A stretch of 64,000 nucleotides of DNA from an uncultured Candidatus Saccharibacteria bacterium (lineage in GTDB: Bacteria > Patescibacteriota > Minisyncoccia > Phycocordibacterales > UBA9973). The notes below the pieces were generated by a model that searched no databases, had not been told where the DNA came from, and worked only from the letters and a program-made list of their open reading frames with translations. Positions 28,510 through 37,518 of the stretch are shown here, piece by piece. The position numbers were made by a program, and so were the translations under genes. The stretch covers positions 65,737 through 129,736 of the forward strand of contig CAYZYV010000004.1 of assembly GCA_964482735.1 (NCBI GenBank), given 5' to 3'. How positions within the stretch are numbered: position 1 is the first letter of the stretch; each line of letters starts with the position of its first letter.

Positions 28510-29184
28510 ATGGTAAAGAGAGGACCAAAGCCAAAAGCAATAATAAGTACAAAATGGACTTCTGGTTTAGCCTATGCGATTGGGTTGCTTGCAACAGACG
28601 GTTACTTATCAAAAGATGGACTTCTTGTAGATTTGACCTCCAAAGACAAAGAACAGTTAATGAATTTTTCTAAATGTGTAGGTTTTAATTTTAAAATAGG
28701 GGAAAAAATAAACGGTAAAGGTAATAAGAATTTAAGAATTCAATTTAAAAATAGGATTTTCTATGATTTTCTTTTGTCTATTGGATTATCACCAAAAAAG
28801 TCTTTGACTATTAGTAAGGTAAAAGTACCAGATAAGTATTTCTTCGACTTTTTGAGGGGGTGTTTTGATGGTGATGGGTCATTTTATTCTTATTGGGACA
28901 AAAGGTGGTGCTCGAGTTATATGTTTTATCTAGAATTTACTTCTGGTAGTATTGAATACATTAATTGGCTAAGGGAAGAATTAAGAAAAAGACTTGGAGT
29001 AAAAGGACATATTACACATAGTAAACTAGGAAATACCCACAATTTAAAATACGCAAAAAAAGAATCCCTAGAAGTAATTAAAAATATGTATTATAATCCA
29101 AAGGTTGTTTGCTTGTCTCGGAAAAAAGAAAAAATAAAAAAGGTTCTTAAACAAGAAAAACAACAACAAAAAAATAATAAATAA
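28510..29184 (+). CDS. LAGLIDADG homing endonuclease-like protein
   Basis: LAYAIGLLATDG and FLRGCFDGDG motifs. Confidence 0.88.
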   Translation: MVKRGPKPKAIISTKWTSGLAYAIGLLATDGYLSKDGLLVDLTSKDKEQLMNFSKCVGFNFKIGEKINGKGNKNLRIQFKNRIFYDFLLSIGLSPKKSLTISKVKVPDKYFFDFLRGCFDGDGSFYSYWDKRWCSSYMFYLEFTSGSIEYINWLREELRKRLGVKGHITHSKLGNTHNLKYAKKESLEVIKNMYYNPKVVCLSRKKEKIKKVLKQEKQQQKNNK

Positions 29185-29188
29185 CAAT

Positions 29189-29270
29189 GCCCGGGTGGTG
29201 AAATTGGTAAACATGCTAGTATGAGGTGCTAGTGCCGCAAGGCTTGGAGGTTCAAGTCCTCTCCCGGGCA
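29189..29270 (+). tRNA. tRNA-Leu(GAG)
   Basis: GCCCGGG/CCCGGGC acceptor, ATGAGGT loop, variable arm. Confidence 0.92.
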
Positions 29271-29357
29271 CAAAGTGAAGCTTTGTGCAAAAACAGAAAC
29301 ATGTTATGTCTCTGTTTTTTATTTACTAAAATCTTTTAAGAATGTTATAATAAAATC

Positions 29358-32093
29358 ATGATAACAGCTGATCTTATTTCTTATATTAGAAAACAACAAG
29401 ATAATAATATATCTAATGATTTAATAACCTCTAATCTTGAGAGTGTAGGTTGGCACCCAGAAGACATAGAAGAAGGTTTTTATAAAGTTAATGAACTTCG
29501 AAGCAGAGAAAAAAATATATCTCGAGAAGAAGGTGATGACATTTCTAGTCCAGAAATTGATGAGAATGAACAATCCTTGGCAGATAGGTATCGAGAGCCT
29601 ATAGATTTAGATGCAGAGCCATTGGCGAAAAAGGATTTTCCAGTTGTTGCAAAAAAGAAAGAAATAGTTGAACCCAAGAAGGGAGAAGTAGAAATTAAAC
29701 CAGAGGTTGTTAGTCAGCCTGTAATTATAAAAACTAGAGATTATACTAAAGAACCAGAAGTTGAAGAAAAACCAGAATTCGACTTCAACGAGTATATAAG
29801 AGAAAATTCTTCACCTGCCAAAAAGGATCTTGTTGATGTTGTAAATCCATTTAATATTATTATAGAAAAAAATGAGAACGACGAGGACGGTCAAAATGAA
29901 TTTAATGCAAGCTTACAGCCTGAAGTTAAAGAGGAGATTAAGGTGGAAACAAAAGAAGAGTCTTTGGTTAAAGAGGAACCTGCTCTAATTGATCTAAACA
30001 AAGTAAACACAGAGCCGATAGTTGAAGAAATTAAAAATGTTGAACCTGTAATAGCTTTGAGTGAAGTAGCTGAATCAAAAACAGAACCAGATAAGGAAAA
30101 ACCTGAGGTAACGGTAGAAAATGAACCAGCCCCAATAAGTGATTTGTCTGAGCTTAAAAAGATGATAGAACAAAAGCTTAGTTCTCAAAACATACCAGTG
30201 TCAGAACCTATAAATATAGAAGGACTAGATGCTAGATCCACACCAGATGAAATTATTCCTAAGGAAAAAGTTGAACCAGAAGAAGAACCACTAGTTGATC
30301 CGATTTTGAATGCGAATGAATTAGAAAGCGGAGATGGTCAATCTAAAATTTGGTTACCCAAAGCTGTTCCTGTAAAAGAAATTGAAGCACCTGAAGTAGT
30401 AGAAGAAGAACCAAAAGTTGAAACCCCCGTAAGTGGTCCAGAAATTTTTGAAAAAATAAACGGTGGAGAAATTCCTCTAAAAGAAAACACACTTCTAGAA
30501 GAAGAGAAAGGATTTGCTATTGATGGATTACCAAAGATATCACCAGTCTCTACTTATTCAAAAGATATTGAAGAAGCTATTAACAAAGCAAAGAGTGAAG
30601 GTGGTTCAGTCCCAACAAAAAGTATAATTAGTAAAAAATTAGTTAAAATAATCGCTCTTGTATTATTGATTTTGGTAGTAGGTGGAGGATTTGCTTGGGC
30701 TCTAGTTACAGATAAGATTAATATCAGTAATTTAAACATTCCATTTATTAATAAAGACCCTAGGAATTTGATAGTTAAAAATTCTCAGCTTCTAGCATCC
30801 TTAAATTCTTATAAAGCTGAAACCGTACTTGAACTAAAAGTTCCTTCCTTTGCCAACATATCTGCAGGCCTTTTAACCGGTGAGGCAGTTCCTTCCTTGG
30901 ATAAAGATAATTTAGTTTTTGGATCAAATGCGATTTTTAATAAACAGGACGGAGTTATCACATCCGATAATTCAATTTCTATTAGTGGAACAGTTCTAGA
31001 AGAATTCATAAATGGAAGAATATATAATGATGGGAATGCTTTATATTTGAATTTCCCTGATTTATCAGGAGCATTAAAAGAGCCAACATCTTTGAAAGGT
31101 TCTGTGAAGGTGAACAACGAAGAATTTTACTTAGTCTCATCTTTGTTTGGACCTAAAACCAATAAAATTATTGAAAAGATTAATCTACAGAAAATTATCT
31201 CAAGTGGAGTTTCTTCTTATTTAGATCAAGAAACACTCGGGAATTATGATGATTTGATTAAGAATGTTCAAATAACCAAAAAAGGCGAGGAGATGATAAA
31301 AGGAATAAACACTTTACATTATAGTATTAATCCAGACAAAGAATTATTCAAAAACTTAATGAAAAAAATAGTTGAGAAATTTGCAGGAGATATTAATGAA
31401 AATGATTTAGCAAATATTGACTTACTCGTTAGCTCGACAAATGTTTCTTCTTTTGATGTGTGGGTAGGGAAGGGTAATAATGCAATTTACCAATATCGTA
31501 TAGTTTTGGATACTCCAATGACCAAGATATTAGGTTTCGAAGATAAAAGTATCGGTGATGGAACAATGAGTATCTCTCTAAAAGTAACTTATTTTGATTT
31601 CAACGTAGAAAATAAGATTGAAATGCCTTCTGGATATGCAGAGATAAGTGATTTTGTTAAAAATTCAAAAATAGAAAGTGTTAAAAACAAAGTAAAAGAA
31701 TTTAATACACTAGCCCTCAATCTTAAGAAGGTTGAGAAGAAGTATGGAAACAGTTCAAACTTGAAAGGAAGTTGTATGAACCCTGTTTCAGGTTCTCTCT
31801 TTTCTCCAACTGGTCATCCTAAATCTGCAATTACTCCAGTTAGTGAAATATCATCTTTCTTGAACTACGTTCTTGGGTTAACTAAAGGCACTGGATCTTG
31901 TTACTCAAACTTAACGGACTGGTCTTTTTCAATTCCGTTGGTGGATGATTATGAAAATATAGCAACCTCGGAAGAGTTTAATAGATATTATTGTATAGAC
32001 AGCAAAGGTGGGGATATAGAAATCAGCACTCTTCCAAAAGGAACAATCTGTGAACAAAACATAGTAGAAAAAACCCAAGCACAAGGGGTCTAG
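29358..32093 (+). CDS. Large membrane-anchored protein (acidic Glu/Pro-rich N-terminus, one TM, extracellular C-terminus)
   Basis: 911-aa ORF; TM near residues 430-450; Cys-containing C-terminal domain. Confidence 0.8.
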   Translation: MITADLISYIRKQQDNNISNDLITSNLESVGWHPEDIEEGFYKVNELRSREKNISREEGDDISSPEIDENEQSLADRYREPIDLDAEPLAKKDFPVVAKKKEIVEPKKGEVEIKPEVVSQPVIIKTRDYTKEPEVEEKPEFDFNEYIRENSSPAKKDLVDVVNPFNIIIEKNENDEDGQNEFNASLQPEVKEEIKVETKEESLVKEEPALIDLNKVNTEPIVEEIKNVEPVIALSEVAESKTEPDKEKPEVTVENEPAPISDLSELKKMIEQKLSSQNIPVSEPINIEGLDARSTPDEIIPKEKVEPEEEPLVDPILNANELESGDGQSKIWLPKAVPVKEIEAPEVVEEEPKVETPVSGPEIFEKINGGEIPLKENTLLEEEKGFAIDGLPKISPVSTYSKDIEEAINKAKSEGGSVPTKSIISKKLVKIIALVLLILVVGGGFAWALVTDKINISNLNIPFINKDPRNLIVKNSQLLASLNSYKAETVLELKVPSFANISAGLLTGEAVPSLDKDNLVFGSNAIFNKQDGVITSDNSISISGTVLEEFINGRIYNDGNALYLNFPDLSGALKEPTSLKGSVKVNNEEFYLVSSLFGPKTNKIIEKINLQKIISSGVSSYLDQETLGNYDDLIKNVQITKKGEEMIKGINTLHYSINPDKELFKNLMKKIVEKFAGDINENDLANIDLLVSSTNVSSFDVWVGKGNNAIYQYRIVLDTPMTKILGFEDKSIGDGTMSISLKVTYFDFNVENKIEMPSGYAEISDFVKNSKIESVKNKVKEFNTLALNLKKVEKKYGNSSNLKGSCMNPVSGSLFSPTGHPKSAITPVSEISSFLNYVLGLTKGTGSCYSNLTDWSFSIPLVDDYENIATSEEFNRYYCIDSKGGDIEISTLPKGTICEQNIVEKTQAQGV

Positions 32094-32143
32094 ATTTTTT
32101 AACGTTTTTTTGGTATAAATATAAAACCACAGAGTGGTTTTAT

Positions 32144-32216
32144 GGTGCCTATAGTGTAATGGTTAGCACAAGAGTCTGTGGATCTCTTAGTCAGAGTTCG
32201 AGTCTCTGTAGGCACC
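32144..32216 (+). tRNA. tRNA-His(GTG)
   Basis: G-1:C73 pair; CTGTGGA loop. Confidence 0.95.
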
Positions 32217-32541
32217 CACACCTATATTTTTATAGTCGTAAATCATATATAATATGTATATGTTTTATTTCTATGTGTTAAAAAGTAAAAAAGATAATAA
32301 TTTGTATTTTGGCTCTACAAATAATTTACGACGCAGGCTTTTAGACCACAACAGTGGTAAAGTAAACTCTACTCGTCCTAGATTACCATTTGAGCTTAAA
32401 TATTATGAAGCTTATTCTAATGAAAATGATGCCAGAAAGAGAGAAGCTTCAATTAAGAAAGATGGTCGAGCTTTATCTGTGTTACGGAAAAGAATAAGCC
32501 AAAGCCTGCAATAAAAAAATGGGTGTGGGTGTAGGCACCCA
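32213..32541. mobile_element. GIY-YIG cassette with approx. 20-bp terminal inverted repeats and a duplicated tRNA-His 3' end
   Basis: ACCCACACCTATATTTTTAT (32214-32233) / ATAAAAAAATGGGTGTGGGT (32511-32530); GTAGGCACCCA at 32208 and 32531. Confidence 0.7.
32254..32514 (+). CDS. Small GIY-YIG nuclease
   Basis: FYFYVLKS...LYFGST.NL.RRL..HN and ARKRE motifs. Confidence 0.9.
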   Translation: MYMFYFYVLKSKKDNNLYFGSTNNLRRRLLDHNSGKVNSTRPRLPFELKYYEAYSNENDARKREASIKKDGRALSVLRKRISQSLQ

Positions 32542-32610
32542 GCGTGAAATTTCTAAATAATATCTTTGTGCAGCTTGGTAGATTTAGTTCTACTCTGATA
32601 TACTTTTTAT

Positions 32611-33024
32611 ATGAAAATAGAAAATTTTGCAGGGTGTTTAATTATTGAAAATGGAAAGGTTCTTTTAGTTCAAGAAAAACACAAAGAAGCTTATGGTCTT
32701 TGGTCACTACCCCTTGGACATAGTGAGGAAAATGAAAATGAAAAAGAAACAGCTATAAGAGAGACAAAAGAAGAAACAGGGTTAAATGTTTCTCTGGATA
32801 AAAATAAAACCTTAGAACTTCAAGGAAGAGAATTTAAGAGTACGAGTAATTTTGATGACAATATAATAAATTTAACTATTTTTCAAGCAAAAATCACTGG
32901 TGGTAGTTTATGTATAGGAAATGATATTCTGGATATAAAATGGTTTTCTGTAGATGAACTAAATCAAATTCAATTGAGAGGGGAATGGATTAAATATTTT
33001 GTTGATAAACTGGGATATAAATAG
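32611..33024 (+). CDS. NUDIX hydrolase
   Basis: G..E..E...ETAIRETKEETG Nudix box. Confidence 0.9.
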   Translation: MKIENFAGCLIIENGKVLLVQEKHKEAYGLWSLPLGHSEENENEKETAIRETKEETGLNVSLDKNKTLELQGREFKSTSNFDDNIINLTIFQAKITGGSLCIGNDILDIKWFSVDELNQIQLRGEWIKYFVDKLGYK

Positions 33025-33086
33025 TTGTATCATTTCTTTGTTCAAAAATAGTTCTAACATCCTCCACCACGGCACCAAAGAATAAA
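33010..33086. repeat. Left 77-bp direct repeat flanking DGR1
   Basis: 65/77 identical to 35871-35947 (last 43 bp: 41/43). Confidence 0.85.
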
Positions 33087-33136
33087 ATAATGATAAAAAC
33101 CTTATAAAATAAGGTGTTTTTTGTCATACTAAAACA

Positions 33137-33164
33137 TTGACTTTTCTGTCAAATATGATATACT
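33137..33164 (+). promoter_or_regulatory. Sigma70-type promoter of the DGR1 target gene
   Basis: TTGACT-16 nt-TATACT with extended TG. Confidence 0.6.
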
Positions 33165-33309
33165 ATTAGGTAGTTCCTTGAAATCTACTTGCGTATAATG
33201 GTCATAGCCAAAAGGTGCTTATTTATAGGTATTTTCTGGCTATGACTGTTGTCTAGTCCCACTTACGGGAAGTAAGAAAAAAGAGCTATAAGCTCATAAT
33301 ACTTTTATT

Positions 33310-33909
33310 ATGAAATACAATGATTTTACCCTAGGACAAATTGAAGCAGTTTTAAACAAACTAGGTGGAATAGAAGGCGTAATGGACTTTCTTTCTGGCA
33401 AAACTATTGTGAAGGTTCCATCGGATGAAAAAACCTTGTTCAATGTATGGAAAACTATTAAACTCGGCAATTACAAAAATGCCGATGAGTTTCGTAAGGC
33501 ACTCAAAAAAAATGGTTTCAAAACCGGCGACTGGGCAAACGACATCCTCGACAAACCCGCATTTACAGTAGCTGGAGCAGAAGAAGAAATCCAGTTGGTG
33601 AATGTTTCAGTAGCTGACCTTGGTTTCAAAAACGGTGCCACTTACAAGGGTATCTGTGCTAAAGCCAAAGAACTTGGCTTGGAACTTTGTCCCAATGAAG
33701 TCGGTCCACAATTGCGTTTGCAATACAAAGACCAGCCCAAGGGCGAACACCTGTGTATTGCAATGGAACCAATTACCGACTCGTTTGGCAACCTCAGCAT
33801 CTTCCACGTTGGACACGATGACGATGTTTTGTGGCTCTATGGCTACTATGGCTATTCTGTCCCTTTCTGGAGTGCTTACTACCGTTTTGTTTTCCGTCTT
33901 CGCAAGTAG
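33310..33909 (+). CDS. DGR1 variable target protein (probable CLec-like fold)
   Basis: C-terminal 45 codons form VR1; GLELCP.EVGPQLRLQY motif and RFVFRLRK end. Confidence 0.9.
   Translation: MKYNDFTLGQIEAVLNKLGGIEGVMDFLSGKTIVKVPSDEKTLFNVWKTIKLGNYKNADEFRKALKKNGFKTGDWANDILDKPAFTVAGAEEEIQLVNVSVADLGFKNGATYKGICAKAKELGLELCPNEVGPQLRLQYKDQPKGEHLCIAMEPITDSFGNLSIFHVGHDDDVLWLYGYYGYSVPFWSAYYRFVFRLRK
33772..33906 (+). repeat. DGR1 variable repeat (VR1)
   Basis: 135-bp ungapped match to TR1 with 16 mismatches, 15 at TR adenines. Confidence 0.95.
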
Positions 33910-34266
33910 CACTTGGACCTTGTTTACTTTGGTCTCTTTTGACCCTTTGGACTTTGTCCTTAAAAAAGTTTTTGAAGTATCACACAACCTCTATGACCCC
34001 TGTATAATTAAAAAAACAGGGGTTATTTTTTTGTGCTAAAATAAATATGGTAGTAGGTGAATATGTGGAAGATTAAGGTTTTCCGCTACCGAACCCAGTA
34101 TCCATACATCGAGAGTATTTGCGACCACGGTTTCAAATAGAGTGATGTATGTAGAAACTTCAAAAAATGAAGATACTTGGTGTAGAAAGCTGGGTGATTT
34201 TATATCACGAATAAGGTTCAACCCCGAGAGTATTCAAAGGGTGGTGGGTTAGATGGCTTACTATAC

Positions 34267-34401
34267 ATTACCGACTCGGATGGCAACCTCAACATCTTCA
34301 ACGTTGAACACGATGACGATGATTTGTGGCTCAATGGCAACAATGGCAATTCTGTCAATTTCTGGAATGCTAACAACCGTTTTGTTTTCCGTCTTCGCAA
34401 A
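34267..34401 (+). ncRNA. DGR1 template repeat (TR1)
   Basis: Adenine-rich copy of VR1 with 11 AAY codons. Confidence 0.93.
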
Positions 34402-34424
34402 TCTTTTCATTTCTCTCTCACTAT

Positions 34425-34796
34425 TTATTTGGGAGAGTTTTGTTTTATAAGTTGTCCATTCCAACCACCAAGTATTTTGCCTATCTCATCTATCCCTGCA
34501 GAAAGAGTAATATATTTTTTATCATCTAATGCTTTAATTTCCCATAGAACCATCAAAAGTATTTTTAAGGTGTCTGTTTTTCTTATCGCTAGTCGGACCC
34601 ACGGAGGTTTTTCTTCTCTAGATAAAAAACTAGCAATAGAAATTGCTTCTATAATTTCCACAAAGATAGTATCAATTTTTTGTCCTAGAGAGTGTTTGTG
34701 TATTTTAGGCAGAGTTTGGTAAAAAGTAATCCAAATTAGATAAGTCATTTTTGCTTTTGCCAGTAGGGGCAAAAGCGGGGGGGGGGGTAAAATCAT
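34425..34796 (-). CDS. avd: Avd-like four-helix-bundle accessory protein (DGR1)
   Basis: LPKIHKHSLGQKID...LKILL...Y......EIGKILGGW pattern typical of bAvd. Confidence 0.85.
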   Translation of the reverse strand: MILPPPPLLPLLAKAKMTYLIWITFYQTLPKIHKHSLGQKIDTIFVEIIEAISIASFLSREEKPPWVRLAIRKTDTLKILLMVLWEIKALDDKKYITLSAGIDEIGKILGGWNGQLIKQNSPK

Positions 34797-34800
34797 TACT

Positions 34801-35805
34801 ATGTCTCGTATACAATTTAGTCATACATATCAATATATCATTTCTACTGAAAATCTCCTCCTTGCTTGGAAGGAGTTTTTGAAAGGCAAAAAATCAAGGA
34901 AAGATGTTTTAGAGTTTGAAAGAAACTTGATGACTAATATCTTAAAACTTCACAGCGAACTCTCAAATAAAACATATAAACATTCTGATTACCAAGCATT
35001 TGATATATCTGACCCTAAACCACGAAGCATACATAAAGCAAAAGTGCGGGACAGATTACTTCATCACGCACTCTATCGCGAACTTTATCCATTTTTTGAT
35101 AGAACATTTATAGCCGACTCATATTCTTGTAGGAAAAATAAGGGAACGCATAAAGCAATGCGGAGGTTTCGGGTGTTTTCAAATAAAGTATCAAAAAACA
35201 ATACAAAAACTTGCTGGGTTTTGAAGGGTGATATACGAAAGTTTTTTGGGTCAATAGACCAGGAAATACTTGTTGAAATAATTAAAGAATATATTTATGA
35301 TAAAGATATAATTTCGTTATTATTTGAAATTATTGTAAGTTTCCAATCTACAAAAAAAGATGTTGGGTTACCTCTTGGCAATTTAACATCACAAATACTT
35401 GTGAACATTTATATGAATGAGTTTGACCAGTTTGTAAAACATAAACTAAAAGCAAAATACTATATTCGTTATGCCGATGATTTTGTTATTATGTCTGACA
35501 AAAAAGAATGGCTTGAAAACTTATTGCCACAAGTAGCAATTTTTCTTGAGATACGGCTCAAATTATTGCTTCATCCAGACAAGGTTTTTATAAAAACTCT
35601 TGTCTCTGGAGTTGATTTTCTCGGGTGGGTCCATTTTCCCGACCATCGGATAGTAAGAACCATAACTAAACGCAGAATGTTAAAACATATTAGACAAAGG
35701 GAAGGCAAAAAAGAAACGGTCCAGTCCTGTCTTGGGCTCTTAAGCCACGGTAATGCGAAGAAACTTTCTAACTCAATAACTATGAAATATGTAATTGAAA
35801 AATAA
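34801..35805 (+). CDS. DGR reverse transcriptase RT1
   Basis: PKPRSI, RDRLLH, DIRKFF.SID, GLPLGNLTSQ, YIRYADDF and DFLGW motifs. Confidence 0.96.
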   Translation: MSRIQFSHTYQYIISTENLLLAWKEFLKGKKSRKDVLEFERNLMTNILKLHSELSNKTYKHSDYQAFDISDPKPRSIHKAKVRDRLLHHALYRELYPFFDRTFIADSYSCRKNKGTHKAMRRFRVFSNKVSKNNTKTCWVLKGDIRKFFGSIDQEILVEIIKEYIYDKDIISLLFEIIVSFQSTKKDVGLPLGNLTSQILVNIYMNEFDQFVKHKLKAKYYIRYADDFVIMSDKKEWLENLLPQVAIFLEIRLKLLLHPDKVFIKTLVSGVDFLGWVHFPDHRIVRTITKRRMLKHIRQREGKKETVQSCLGLLSHGNAKKLSNSITMKYVIEK

Positions 35806-35870
35806 AGGATTTATTAAAATAGTGAGAAGTAGAGCAGGGTAAAATTAGACCATTATAATAGGTTGGAACT

Positions 35871-35947
35871 CCGGAATATAAATTGCTGCATCGTTTCTTC
35901 TCTTAAAAATAGTTCTAACATCCTCTACTACGGCACCAAAGAATAAA
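35871..35947. repeat. Right 77-bp direct repeat flanking DGR1
   Basis: Partner of 33010-33086. Confidence 0.85.
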
Positions 35948-36050
35948 TAAGTAAATGGTTACGTTTGCTTATTTTCTAATACGCTTGACAACCGTGTTAG
36001 AAAAATATAACATTGGAAGTGTGTTAATTATTTCTAACGTTTAAATTATT

Positions 36051-36596
36051 ATGTCAAATAAACAATATCAAAAAATAAGATTAATAATAGTTGTTATTAC
36101 AGCAATTGTCTTTGGACAAGCTATTGTTTTAGATAACTATTTAATTCCTATAATAACCCTAGACGTATCTTCACTTTTGCTTATCTACTTAAGAAGAAAA
36201 GTTAAAGAAATAATGGTAGATGAAAGAGACAAGGCTCTAGGTGGAAAAGCCGCTTTAATGGCAATACAGATTTATTCTTGGATTACTGTAATTGTAATGC
36301 TTGTTCTTTATGCTTCAAAAGACCTAAATCCTTTCTATGAACCGATAGGGATGACACTCGCGTATTCCACATGTCTTCTCATGTTTATATATTCTTTAAT
36401 CTTTCGTTTTTACAATAAAGAAACATTTTCCAAAAATAAAAGAAACTACATAATTGTTGTAGCTCTAGTGGCTATATTTGTTGGCTTTTTTAGTGTTAGG
36501 TTTTTTAGTGGGGAAGACAATTGGGTTTGTAAAAATGGACAGTGGATTAAACATGGTAATCCAAGTTTTGACGCTCCACAAGTTGAATGTAAATAA
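36051..36596 (+). CDS. DUF2178-like membrane protein
   Basis: DERD motif after TM helices; C-terminal EDNWVC.NG.W.KHGNP. Confidence 0.7.
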   Translation: MSNKQYQKIRLIIVVITAIVFGQAIVLDNYLIPIITLDVSSLLLIYLRRKVKEIMVDERDKALGGKAALMAIQIYSWITVIVMLVLYASKDLNPFYEPIGMTLAYSTCLLMFIYSLIFRFYNKETFSKNKRNYIIVVALVAIFVGFFSVRFFSGEDNWVCKNGQWIKHGNPSFDAPQVECK

Positions 36597-36599
36597 AAT

Positions 36600-36788
36600 A
36601 TGAAAAACAATATAAAAGAATTAAGAAATAAATTAAATATAACTCAAGATGAACTTGCTAAAAAAGCCAAGGTTAGGAGAGAGACAATAATTTTTCTTGA
36701 GCAAAACAAATACAATCCATCTCTACAGTTGGCTCATGATGTAGCCGAAGCTTTAGGGACTACTATTGATAAGTTGTTCTTGTTTTAA
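36600..36788 (+). CDS. XRE-family HTH transcriptional regulator
   Basis: TQDELA...VRRETI..LE..KYNPSLQLA. Confidence 0.9.
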   Translation: MKNNIKELRNKLNITQDELAKKAKVRRETIIFLEQNKYNPSLQLAHDVAEALGTTIDKLFLF

Positions 36789-36834
36789 TTTTTTGTCGTG
36801 ACAAAAAATTATTAGAGCATGATATAATGTCTCA

Positions 36835-37518
36835 ATGATGATGAGAAATTTAAAATTAAACAAAATAGATTTGCTTAAAGATGGGGCAGTGAAATCGGCT
36901 CTCTATTTACTAGTGATAGCGCTCGTCTTTAATCTTCTAAGAATAATTATTTGGGGGAAGTATTCTTTTGTTTATATTTTGTGGAATTTATTTTTAGCTT
37001 TCATTCCTCTCTTTGTTAGTTTTATTATGCTCAAAATACACAAGAGTAAATATTTGAAATTAGTCTTTATCCCTGGTTTTTTGTTGTGGCTTCTTTTTAT
37101 TCCGAATGCTCCGTATTTAGTCACTGATCTTATCCATTTAGGGGAGTCAAGAACAGTCCCAATACTATTTGATACAATCCTTCTATTTAGCTCCGCTTAT
37201 CTTGGTATGATTTTCTTTTTCTATTCATTATTTCATATGGAAGAAATAATCAGGAAATTTCTTTCTAAGAAATGGACGACAGTAGTAATTGCTGGGCTTA
37301 TTCTGTTGATAAGCCTTGGTATTTATATAGGACGTTTCTTACGATTTAACAGTTGGGATATTTTCATTAACCACTACTCTTTATTTAAGAACATTTGGAA
37401 GATATTTGTGGAAAATTCGTTCAATAATTGGAATGTGTACTGGTTTACTCTAATGTTCTCGTTTTTCCTATTCTTTAGCTATTTTTCCTGGAAAAGCTCT
37501 AAAACAAAACATATTTAA
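36835..37518 (+). CDS. DUF1361 family membrane protein
   Basis: WNLFLAFIP, PNAPYLVTD and GIYIGRFLRFNSWD motifs. Confidence 0.85.
   Translation: MMMRNLKLNKIDLLKDGAVKSALYLLVIALVFNLLRIIIWGKYSFVYILWNLFLAFIPLFVSFIMLKIHKSKYLKLVFIPGFLLWLLFIPNAPYLVTDLIHLGESRTVPILFDTILLFSSAYLGMIFFFYSLFHMEEIIRKFLSKKWTTVVIAGLILLISLGIYIGRFLRFNSWDIFINHYSLFKNIWKIFVENSFNNWNVYWFTLMFSFFLFFSYFSWKSSKTKHI

Larger units (their letters stand above)
33310..35805 (+). mobile_element. Diversity-generating retroelement DGR1 (target/VR - TR - antisense avd - RT)
   Basis: Adenine-specific TR/VR pair, DGR-type RT and four-helix accessory gene. Confidence 0.95.

Noticed and set aside
34036-34722. Short ORFs overlapping TR1 (34218-34400, 34253-34450, 34261-34464, 34324-34722)
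   Set aside because: By-products of the TR copying a coding VR and of the avd antisense strand.
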